From Macrostomum lignano (taxonomy: Eukaryota): a stretch of 64,000 bases of DNA. The notes beneath the pieces are model-generated. The model was given only the letters and a program-made list of their open reading frames with translations, was not told where the DNA came from and searched no databases. Numbering within the stretch: the stretch's first letter is position 1; the number at the start of each line of letters is the position of its first letter. The stretch spans positions 124,001 through 188,000 of the forward strand of contig NIVC01001075.1 in the NCBI GenBank assembly GCA_002269645.1, read 5' to 3'. Positions 1-10,255 of the stretch are shown one piece after another. The translations under genes and the position numbers were made by a program.

Positions 1-479
1 ATCACATTCCGATGCGACGGGTGCAAATCAGAGACAGAGAGTGAGATGCGCAATCATCAAGTCTCATACATGGAGCTGTACGAGTAATTGACTGATAACA
101 ATGTGTATGAATTTCTTAGTGATTATTATTTGTTTAATGAAAATAATTTATTTAGATTAATTTTCAGCTTTACAGTCTTGGAATTCATTGTCTTATATTT
201 TTGGGGATTTGCACTAGTCTTACAATTGTTTTCTCATATCTATCACTGTGTTTGATAATTTTTCAAAATCGAAAATTTTTGTTTCAATGTTGACCCCTGT
301 CAATCGATCTGCACTTTTTGAGACAGCTTTACAGATTTCATAGCAGCATTTGTGTGTCGTCAGTGGACTGTTGCCCTTACCTTACGCGCCATCTACCGTA
401 TTGTAATTACATTCTTCTATCGACATGACTGTCTAACGCACCACTTCACCGCAACACGCTTCTTTCGAGTACTTAGATT

Positions 480-700
480 AAGATTAGTCTGACATTGCTG
501 TGCACTGTAGCGCCTGAGACTACTGTCTCTCTTTGTCTGACACTTCATTGTAGCGCCTGACACTGCTGTCTCCCATTCTTCTGACACTTCATTGTAGCTT
601 CTCACACTAGCACTGTCTCGACTATTCTTCTGACACTATCGTCTCCATGCTTCTGACAATTCCCTGCAGCGCCTGACACTACTACAATGCAGCACTAATT
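480..700. repeat. Degenerate CTGACAC-based tandem repeat
   Basis: Repeated ctgacac / cttcattgtagcgcctgacac motifs; same family recurs at 1790-2040. Confidence 0.7.
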
Positions 701-1076
701 TTGCTAAATGCCCGACATCAATTGCAATTATATACGAGATTACATGTTTTTGAGCATTTAATCTTACGAGCGTAGAGTACACCTTCGAATCGCTCGATTC
801 TTCATCAACAGCAAACTATACGAGTGTACTATTGCATTTTGAAGGAACTGAGAATAATAAAGCTCCTGGCCTCATCAGATGAAAGAGGAAACTACGACAG
901 ACAAGCTCCCCTGACAAAAATATTTTCTTTTCCTGAAGCTTTACTTTTAGAAAAATGTTCTTCTTCCGAAAAAATGATTTTCGCTCGATGCAATGCAGAA
1001 TGCTGGAAATTTCAAATTGCAAATCCGGTCAAATGTGGATGGGAAAAATTATTGTCGTACCAAGATACATCTACAC

Positions 1077-1568
1077 CATAGATACTAAAATAACTAGATG
1101 GGCCACTCGGGCATTTATCACAGAATTTACATATATTCTGTGGGCACATATAGCTCGTACTTTGTAAAACGTACAGCTTTCTACTTTCAGTTCAGTAGCA
1201 AAGAGGAATACATAAGCTATTTTATAAAAATAAAGGCAGCTGAAATGACTTTGATAAGTTTAGAAGGCTAGAAGCCCAAGCTTGCAGGCGTAAACAACTT
1301 ACTAATTGGTCCAGCAATAATGTACATTAGCCAGTCCACTGAAATGTACATGGCCGCTTTAGGCTGGAAGTCCGAGAAAGGCAATAAAAATTGGGGCGGG
1401 GTGGGGGTAGTGTGGAAAGGCTCCGTTGGGGGTTTAAGCTGGGGTAAGAGCCAAAAAATCATTGGCTTTAACTTTAAAATGCTTCTGTTTAATCTACTAC
1501 TGAACTGTAAGTAGTTTACACGCAAATGTGCTGAGTGGCCTATCTAGTTAGTTATTCTAGTATCTGTG
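1077..1568. mobile_element. Non-autonomous DNA transposon (MITE), possibly P-like, copy 1
   Basis: Imperfect TIRs CATAGATACTAAAATAACTAGATGGGCCACTC...GAGTGGCCTATCTAG..TTATTCTAGTATCTGTG; flanked by 7-bp direct repeat TCTACAC (1070-1076 and 1569-1575); reverse-complement homolog at 63161-63605. Confidence 0.8.
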
Positions 1569-1789
1569 TCTACACCGAAGTTGCTTAATAAGTTTTCTTC
1601 ATTGGTTTACAGTGAAAAAATGTTAAGTTAATTGCTCATTTAATTTTAAATTTATTAGCACTGAGCACCGTAGAACACATACCGGTAGTTACATGATTAT
1701 ACATATAAAACATACTCACAATTTGGCAAAAGGAACGCAACATACAGACAATGACCAGAAAATATGTTATTGACACATTATTTTAGCAC

Positions 1790-2040
1790 CTGCACCTGCT
1801 ACTCCATTCTCAGCATTCTGACACTTCACTTTAGCGCCTGACACAACTGTCTCCCCTTCTTCTGACACTTAACTGTAGTACCTGACACTACTGTCTCCCC
1901 TTCCTCTGACACAAGTGTAGCGTCTGCCTCTGACACTTCACTATAGCGTCTGACACTTTACTGTCCCTTTCTGACACTTCACTGTAGCGTCTGACACTTT
2001 ACTGTCCCCTTCTGACACTTCACTGTAGCGCCTGACACTA
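1790..2040. repeat. CTGACAC-based tandem repeat
   Basis: ctgacacttcactgtagcg(t/c)ctgacac units in tandem. Confidence 0.75.
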
Positions 2041-2135
2041 TCGGAATACCCCGACAATCTGAAGTTCTGACAGCAGATATTTCCAATGATAAAAAAATTA
2101 TACAAAAAAGTTACGCGAATTCAGAACTCGTTTTT

Positions 2136-2605
2136 TCATTTTCCTTTCAACGAGTCCAGAGTCAGGATGGGGTTCTCTGCTGCCTTCAAGTCGAACTCGG
2201 CCCACGCTGGGTCTCCTGTGTCCCTCACCAGGTAGACTTTGACGAAACCATCTCCAACTTCATGGGTGCTCTTTGCCTGGTCAATTCTGGCGCACAGCTT
2301 CGGGATGCTGCACCCATGAGGGATGGCGCCAGGCCGCCTGGTGAACTGCACCATCAGCGACTCCGGCTCCAGCCGCACCGTCAAGTCGCCTTCGGCCACT
2401 TCAGCCGAAGTCCAACGACTTGGCCGGCGAAGAAAGTTCGAATGAAGATCGAACTTCGGCTTGATGCCTTCGATGGTCAGGCAGATGCGGATGGTGTTGG
2501 CTCGCTTCCGGTGCACTTGAACTCGAGACGGACAGGTGTACGGCTCGATGGCGACCGCCGCCGCTGCTGCTTCGGTTGCTGAAGCTGGCGGCTGCAGTGT
2601 GGCTG
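2136..2605 (-). CDS. CS/p23-like (HSP20-like chaperone fold) protein, paralog 1, exon 2
   Basis: Acceptor ttctcag| at 2606, phase 1; open to TGA at 2136; C-terminus DLTVRLEPESLMVQF..PKLCARIDQAKSTHEVGDGFVKVYLVRD..W matches the CS-domain pattern by eye. Confidence 0.7.
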
Positions 2606-2636
2606 CTGAGAACGAATAATAGAAAGTCTTGGTGGA

Positions 2637-2905
2637 GGGGCGATTCTCTGGGAGATTCTCAGTGAGGTGAGGGGCGATTCTCTGGGAGATTCTCAGTGAG
2701 GAGAGGGGCGATTCTCTGGGAGATTCTCAGTGAGGTGAAGGGCGATTCTCTCGGAGATTCTCAGTGAGGTGAGGGGCGATTCTCTGGGAGATTCTCAGTG
2801 AAGGGAGTGGCGATTCTCTGACAGATTCTCAGTGAGGTGAGTGGCGATTCTCTGGGAGATTCTCAGTGAGGTGAGGGCGATTCTTTGGGAGATTTTCAGT
2901 GAAGG
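2637..2905. repeat. ~34-bp minisatellite (intronic)
   Basis: gaggggcgattctctgggagattctcagtgaggt, about 8 copies. Confidence 0.9.
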
Positions 2906-3112
2906 GCCGTTATCTAGGCAATTTTTTGATAGGCAATTCTATGAATTTTTTAATTTAGTGGGATCACCAGAATGGACAGAGGTAACTTATGCATATCCTA
3001 CTTAAAGTAGATGTTCGTAAGAAAGGCGCTTTAAAAAAACTTTTTCGCCTTGAAATTTGTCAGCAGTGAATCGTGATCACATCACTCAGTCTGAAATAAT
3101 CGAATTTCTCAC

Positions 3113-3533
3113 CGCTGGCTGAAGCACCACCGGCAGTAGCTGTAGCTCCTCCAGCTGGTGCTTCCTCGCCTTCGTCTTCTTCAGCATCCGCTTCTGCTGC
3201 CGCCGGATTTATCTGGGCTTCTTCATCTCCTCCTCCATTTTCACTATCGCTCCCCTCATCGTCGCTTTCCTTTTGTTCTTCTTTTGTTGCTGCGGCGTCT
3301 TCCGGCGGCTGTTCTGGCTCCGATTCCTGCCGCGGCAGGCGCGGCTCCGTCTCTTCTAGCTGCGGCTGCTCCATACTTCCGTCTTCCGTGTGTCGTTTGT
3401 TTAAGAAATCGGGCTTAAGAAGTTGGAGGACCGGGAGTCCGGGACCACTGGGGTGAGCGGAGGATCGGAGCTTTAGGCTACAAAGACTCCAAAGACTCCA
3501 AAGACTCCTGTGGTGGAGGGGTGGCTGGGCCAT
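3113..3533 (-). CDS. CS/p23-like paralog 1, exon 1 (acidic low-complexity N-terminus)
   Basis: ORF with E/D/A-rich content; donor AGC G|gtgaga at 3112, phase 1, matches the exon 2 acceptor; start uncertain (ATG 3533 or 3374). Confidence 0.6.
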
Positions 3534-3608
3534 CTTCTTCTCTCTCCTCTTTCCCTTACCCCACCATCCCGATCTGAACCGCATTCCTTCACCCCGTCCC
3601 CAGTTTAT

Positions 3609-3705
3609 GGCCGCCCGTTAGCGGAGCCCATCCCACGCTAAAAATAGCCCGTTAGCGGGGTCCGCCCCACGGTGGGGTGGGCTCCCTTAGCGCGGGCCAG
3701 CCCAC
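3609..3705. mobile_element. ~100-bp GC-rich interspersed repeat with internal inverted repeat, copy 1
   Basis: Near-identical reverse-complement copy at 18030-18126. Confidence 0.7.
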
Positions 3706-3974
3706 AATGGTTAGGATATGCCATTGCGGGGCTGTGGAGAAGCAGACGCCAGAACTTGACTCGCATTGGTTGTCAAGATACATGGCACTAATTCAAAATA
3801 GAAAAAAAACTTTTTTTTCGCTCCATTGAGTGAGAACTAAATGCATTGACCTTGCCAGGGCGCTAAAATTGGCGCCCAAAGGCTGAAATTGGCGCCGGTA
3901 TATTAAACTTGGCGCCCAGAAGTAGCAAGCTGATATATGCTGCCACTTCTACGCTCGTTGGCACATTCCAGCGC

Positions 3975-6230
3975 TAATTTGGGGATCCTGGCGCCGATTT
4001 GGTGATCCTGGCGCCAAATTTGACTTCCGGCGCCAATTTGAGCTTTCCCGCGCCGATTTGCGCTATCCTGCGCCGATTTAAGCTTTCTAGCGCTGGTTTA
4101 GGTTTTCTTGAGCTGATTTCAGCATTCCGGCGCTGATTCAGCGATCCTGGCGCCGATTTGGTGATCCTAGCGCCAAATTTGACTTCCGGCGCCAATTTGA
4201 GCTTTCCCGCGCCGATTTGCGCTATCCTGCGCCGATTTGAGCTTTCTAGCGCTGGTTTAGGTTTTCTTGAGCTGATTTCAGCATTTCGGCGCTGATTCAG
4301 CGATCCTGGCGCCGATTTGATGATCCTGGCGCCGATTCGGCGATCCTGGCGCCAAATTTGACTTTCGGCGCCAATTTGAGCTTTACCGCGCCAAGTTAAG
4401 CTTTCCAGCGCTGGTCCGGGCTTTATGGCGCTGATTTCAGCATTCCAACGCTGATTTGGCGATCCTCGCGCCGATTTAGTGATCCTGGCGCCAAATTTGA
4501 CTTTCGGCGCCAAATTGAGCTTTCCCGCGCCGATTTGAGCTATCCTGCGCCGATTTGAGCTTTCTAGCGCTGATTTGAGCTTTCTAGCGCTGTTTTAGGT
4601 TTGCTTGAGCTGATTTCAGCATTCCGGCGCTGATTCAGCGATCCTGGCGCCGATTTGGTGATCCTGGCGCCAAATTTGACTTCCGGCGCCAATTTGAGCT
4701 TTCCCGCGCCTATTTGAGCTTTCCAGCGCTGGTCCGGGCTTTTTAGCGCTGATTTGGCGATACTGGCGCCGATTTGGTGATCCTGACGCCAAATTTGACT
4801 TCCGGCGCCAATTTGAGCTTTCACGCGCCAGTTTTAGCTATCTTGCGCCGATTTGAGCTTTCCAACGCTGGTCCGGGCTTTTTGGCGCTGTTTTCAGCAT
4901 TCCGGCTCTTATTCAGCGATCCTGGCGCCGATTTGGTGATCCTGGCGCCAAATTTGACTTCCGGCGCCAATTTGAGCTTTCCCGCGCCGATTTGAGCTTT
5001 CCAACGCTGGTCCGGGATTTTTGGCGCTGTTTTCAGCATTCCGGCTCTTATTCAGCGATCCTGGCGCCGATTTGGTGATCCTGGCGCCAAATTTGACTTC
5101 CCGCGCCAATTTGAGCTATCCTGCGCCGATTTGAGCTTTCTAGCGCTGGTCCGGGCTTTTTGGCGCTGATTTTAGCATTCCGGCGCCGATTTGGTGATCC
5201 TGGCGCCAAATTTGACTTTCGGCGCCAATTTGAGCTTTCCCGCGCCTATTTGAGCTATCCTGCGCCGATTTGAGCTTTCTAGCGCTGGTTTAGGTTTTCT
5301 TGAGCTGATTTCAGCATTCCGGCGCTGATTCAGCGATCCTGGGGCCGATTTGATGATCCTGGCGCCGATTCGGCGATCCTGGCGCCAAATTTGACTTTCG
5401 GCGCCAATTTGAGCTTTCACGCGCCAATTTTAGCTATCTTGCGCCGATTTGAGCTTTCCAACGCTGGATCCGGGCTTTTTGGCGCTGTTTTCAGCATTCC
5501 GGCTCTTATTCAGCGATCCTGGCGCCGATTTGGTGATCCTGGCGCCAAATTTGACTTCCAGCGCCAATTTGAGCTATCCTGCGCCGATTTGAGCTTTCTA
5601 GCGCTGGTCCGGGCTTTTTGGCGCTGATTTTAGCATTCCGGCGCTGATTCGGTGATCCTGGCGCCAAATTTGACTTCCGGCGCCAATTTGAGCTATCCTG
5701 CGCCGATTTGAGCTTTCTAGCGCTGGTCCGGGCTTTTTGGCGCTGATTTTAGAATTCCGACGCTGATTCGGTGATCCTGGCGCCGACCGGCGCCAATTTG
5801 AGCTATCCTGCGCCAATTTGAGCTATCCTGCGCCAATTTGAGCTATCCTGCGCCAATTTGAGCTATCCTGCGCCAATTTGAGCTATCCTGCGCCAATTTG
5901 AGCTATCCCGCGCCGATTTGAGCTTTCTAGCGCTGGTTTCAGCTCTCTAGCGCTGGTTTAGGTTTTCTCGAGCGGATTTCAGCATTCCGGCGCTGATTCG
6001 GCGATCCCTGGCGTAGATTTGGTGATCCTGGCGCCAAATTTGACTTCCGGCGCCAATTTGAGCTTTCCCGCGCCGATTTGAGCTTTCCAGCGCCGATTTG
6101 AGCTTTCCAGCGCCGATTTGAGCTTTCCAGCGCCGATTTGAGCTTTCCAGCGCCGATTTGAGCTTTCCAGCGCCGATTTGAGCTTTCCAGCGCCGATTTG
6201 AGCTTTCCAGCGCCGATTTGAGCTTTCCGA
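3975..6230. repeat. GC-rich GGCGCC-containing hierarchical satellite
   Basis: ~20-bp related subunits (gcgccgatttgagctttcca, gcgccaatttgagctatcct, ggcgccaaatttgacttcc) in variable higher-order blocks. Confidence 0.9.
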
Positions 6231-6537
6231 GCGTTTTTGGGCTTTAAGGCATGGCTTCAGGGATCAGCGCAGATTTATATCTATTTGGCACTATAAAAAT
6301 CAAAAGTGTCATTTTCGGACTTGTTATTGTTGATTGTTTTGTTATTGATTATTTTTCAATTAGGTATACTCCATCTAGATCACTGTTTGCTCAGAGTTTA
6401 GAATCTACTAAATATCGTTACTCAGCAACATTGAAAAGTCGCCACTCTATGCGCCAGAGAGTAAGATATTATTAGTGAGTGAGTTAAAATATTATAAATA
6501 AAAGATATGATATAAACTAATCAAGGTAGCTTTAATC

Positions 6538-6736
6538 CAGTGGTTCTCAATCTATGGGTCGCGACCCCCAGTGGGGTTGCGTGACCATTTTCTGGGGGTC
6601 GCAGCACGAAGAAATGTGTGAGTTGTCATACATAATAATGCATTACATGTATATTAATTTTAAAAGGGGTCGCGAACATTAAAAATGATGCAAGTGAATA
6701 AATTGGGGTCGCCTGAAAAAAGGTTGAGAACCGCTG
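6538..6736. mobile_element. hAT-type MITE (199 bp)
   Basis: TIR CAGTGGTTCTCAA...TTGAGAACCGCTG; perfect 8-bp TSD CTTTAATC at 6530-6537 and 6737-6744. Confidence 0.9.
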
Positions 6737-9700
6737 CTTTAATCCGTTCAACCCTCGCACACCGCTCCCCCACTTCATTCCTCAACTCACGTCTGCCGCG
6801 TGGCGTTGCGTCACTCGCAAAGATTGAGAGACTTCACCTGCACTTTCAAAAGTGACGACCACAGACTTCTGTGATGGCGACTTTTCGATGTTGCTGAGAT
6901 TTACGAAGTTATTATAATTGAGTTATGATTTACTTTTACTACTTAATTGTGTAATGCCTTTGTCTTAATCTTTAACCCACTCGATGCACTGTTAGTGATG
7001 AGTTATGTTGCCACACAGAATCGCCCATATCGCTTTTATCGCTTTTTATCACCTTCCTCCAGGCCATTCAGTCATGCTACTCTCGTCCTACCCTATAGGT
7101 AGTCTGTATCTCTACCTATTGTCCTATCTCGCGATCCTCTCCTTTACAGTATATCACTCTTCTGATCTTTCATCACCCTAACCTACAGGAGTAGGGGGGA
7201 GGGGGGAGATAGGGCGCATGAGGGCGGGAATCAGAGTTTTCGCAGACGGAAATCTTCCTAATGAAGTTTATTAAGCCTTTGAATAGGCCTTTAACCCCCC
7301 CCCCCAACTAAAACCGCACCTGCGTGTAATCCCACAAGGTGTAGTATATATAATGTATGAAACAATATTTGATGTTTAATGTTTGAATGTCTAAATGTTT
7401 GAAAGACTGCCAGAAATCATAGAACCTAGAAAAGCTCATTTTTAATCTCAATCCACGATTCTTAATTCCCTTTCCCAGAAGGGCATATGGCACCTTTTGC
7501 GAGAAACTTGAAAGACTGGGTCAGATATCATAATTCATAAGGCAGAGAGGAGCTTATGGCACCTTTTTCTAAATGTTTGAAAGACTGGATCATTTATCAT
7601 AATTCATAAGGCAGAGAGGAGCTTATGGCACCTTTTTCTAAACGTTTGAAAGACTGGATCATCTATCATAATTCATAAGGCAGAGAGGAGCTTGTTATGG
7701 CACCTTTTTCTAAATGTTTGAAAGACTGCCAGCTATCATAGAACCGTGAGAAGCTCATTTTTTAATCTCAATCCCCGATTCCGAATCCCTATCCCTTATT
7801 CCTCGTTTTGGAACCCGAATCCACGATTCCTAATTCCATATCCCTGATTCCTCATGTTGGAATCCGAATCCACAATTTCTAATTCCATATCCCTGATTCC
7901 TCATTTTGGAACCCGAATCCACAATTTCTAATTCCATATCCCTGATTCCTCATGTTGGAATCTGAATCCACGATTCCTAATTCCATATCCCTGATTCCTC
8001 ATGTTGGAATCCGAATCCACGATTCCTAATTCCATATCCCTGATTCCTCATTTTGGAATCCGAATCCACAATTCCTAAATCCCTATCCCTAATTCCTCAT
8101 GTTGGAATCCGAATCCACAATTCCTAAATCCATATCCCTGATTCCTCATGTTGGAATCCGAATCCACGATTCCTAATTCAATATCCCTGATTCCTCATGT
8201 TGGAATCCGAATCCACGATTCTTAATTCCCTTTCCAGAAGGGCATATGGCACCTTTTGCAAGAAACTTGAAAGACTGGGTCAGATATCATAATTCATAAG
8301 GCAGAGAGGAGCTTATGGCACCTTTTTCTAAATGTTTGAAAGACTGCCAGCTATCATAGAACCGTGAGAAGCTCATTTTTTAATCTCAATCCCCGATTCC
8401 GAATCCCTATCCCCGATTCCTCATTTTGGAATCCGAATCCACGATTCTTAATTCCATATCCCTGATTCCTCATGTTGGAATCTGAATCCACGATTCCTAA
8501 TTCCATATCCCTGATTCCTCATGTTGGAATCCGAATCCACGATTCTTAATTCCATATCCCCGATTCCTCATTTTGGAACCCGAATCCACAATTTCTAATT
8601 CCATATCCCCGATTCCTCATTTTGGAATCCGAATCCACGATTCTTAATTCCATATCCCTGATTCCTCAATTTGGAACCCGAATCCACAATTTCTAATTCC
8701 ATATTCCGATTCCTCATTTTGGAATCCGAATCCACGATTTTTAGTTCCCTTTCCCAGAAAAGCATATGTCACCTTTTGCAAGAAACTTGAAAGACTGGGT
8801 CAGATATCATAATTCATAAGGCAGAGAGGAGCTTATGGCACCTTTTTCTAAATGTTTGAAAGACTGGATCATTTATCATAATTCATAAGGCAGAGAGGAG
8901 CTTATGGCACCTTTTTCTAAACGTTTGAAAGACTGGATCATCTATCATAATTCATAAGGCAGAGAGGAGCTTGTTATGGCACCTTTTTCTAAATGTTTGA
9001 AAGACTGCCAGCTATCATAGAACCGTGAGAAGCTCATTTTTTAATCTCAATCCCCGATTCCGAATCCCTATCCCTTATTCCTCGTTTTGGAACCCGAATC
9101 CACGATTCCTAATTCCATATCCCTGATTCCTCATGTTGGAATCCGAATCCACAATTTCTAATTCCATATCCCTGATTCCTCATTTTGGAACCCGAATCCA
9201 CAATTTCTAATTCCATATCCCTGATTCCTCATGTTGGAATCTGAATCCACGATTCCTAATTCCATATCCCTGATTCCTCATGTTGGAATCCGAATCCACG
9301 ATTCCTAATTCCATATCCCTGATTCCTCATTTTGGAATCCGAATCCACAATTCCTAAATCCCTATCCCTAATTCCTCATGTTGGAATCCGAATCCACAAT
9401 TCCTAAATCCATATCCCTGATTCCTCATGTTGGAATCCGAATCCACGATTCCTAATTCAATATCCCTGATTCCTCATGTTGGAATCCGAATCCACGATTC
9501 TTAATTCCCTTTCCAGAAGGGCATATGGCACCTTTTGCAAGAAACTTGAAAGACTGGGTCAGATATCATAATTCATAAGGCAGAGAGGAGCTTATGGCAC
9601 CTTTTTCTAAATGTTTGAAAGACTGGATCATCTATCATAATTCATAAGGCAGAGAGGAGCTTATTATGGCACCTTTTTCTAAATGTTTGAAAGACTGCCA

Positions 9701-10255
9701 GCTATCATAGAACCGTGAGAAGCTCATTTTTTAATCTCAATCCCCGATTCCGAATCCCTATCCCTTATTCCTCGTTTTGGAACCCGAATCCACGATTCCT
9801 AAATCCATATCCCTTATTCCTCGTTTTGGAACCCGAATCCACGATTCCTAATTCCATATCCCTGATTCCTCATGTTGGAATCCGAATCCACGATTCTTAA
9901 TTCCCTTTCCAGAAGGGCATATGGCACCTTTTGCAAGAAACTTAAAAGACTGGATCGTCTATCATAATTCATAAGGCAGAGAGGAGCTTATGGCACCTTT
10001 TTCTAAATGTTTGAAAGACTGCCAGCTATCATAGAACCGTGAGAAGCTCATTTTTTAATCTCAATCCCCGATTCCGAATCCCTATCCCCGATTCCTCATT
10101 TTGGAATCCGAATCCACGATTCTTAATTCCATATCCCTGATTCCTCATGTTGGAATCTGAATCCACGATTCCTAATTCCATATCCCTGATTCCTCATGTT
10201 GGAATCCGAATCCACGATTCTTAATTCCATATCCCCGATTCCTCATTTTGGAACC

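Noticed and set aside
1-87. Possible 3' end of a + strand CDS (..FRCDGCKSE..LYE*)
   Set aside because: Only 28 codons at the window edge; cannot be supported.
3974-5816. Multiple ORFs (MAPKVKFGARITKS...)
   Set aside because: Stop-free translations of the GGCGCC satellite.
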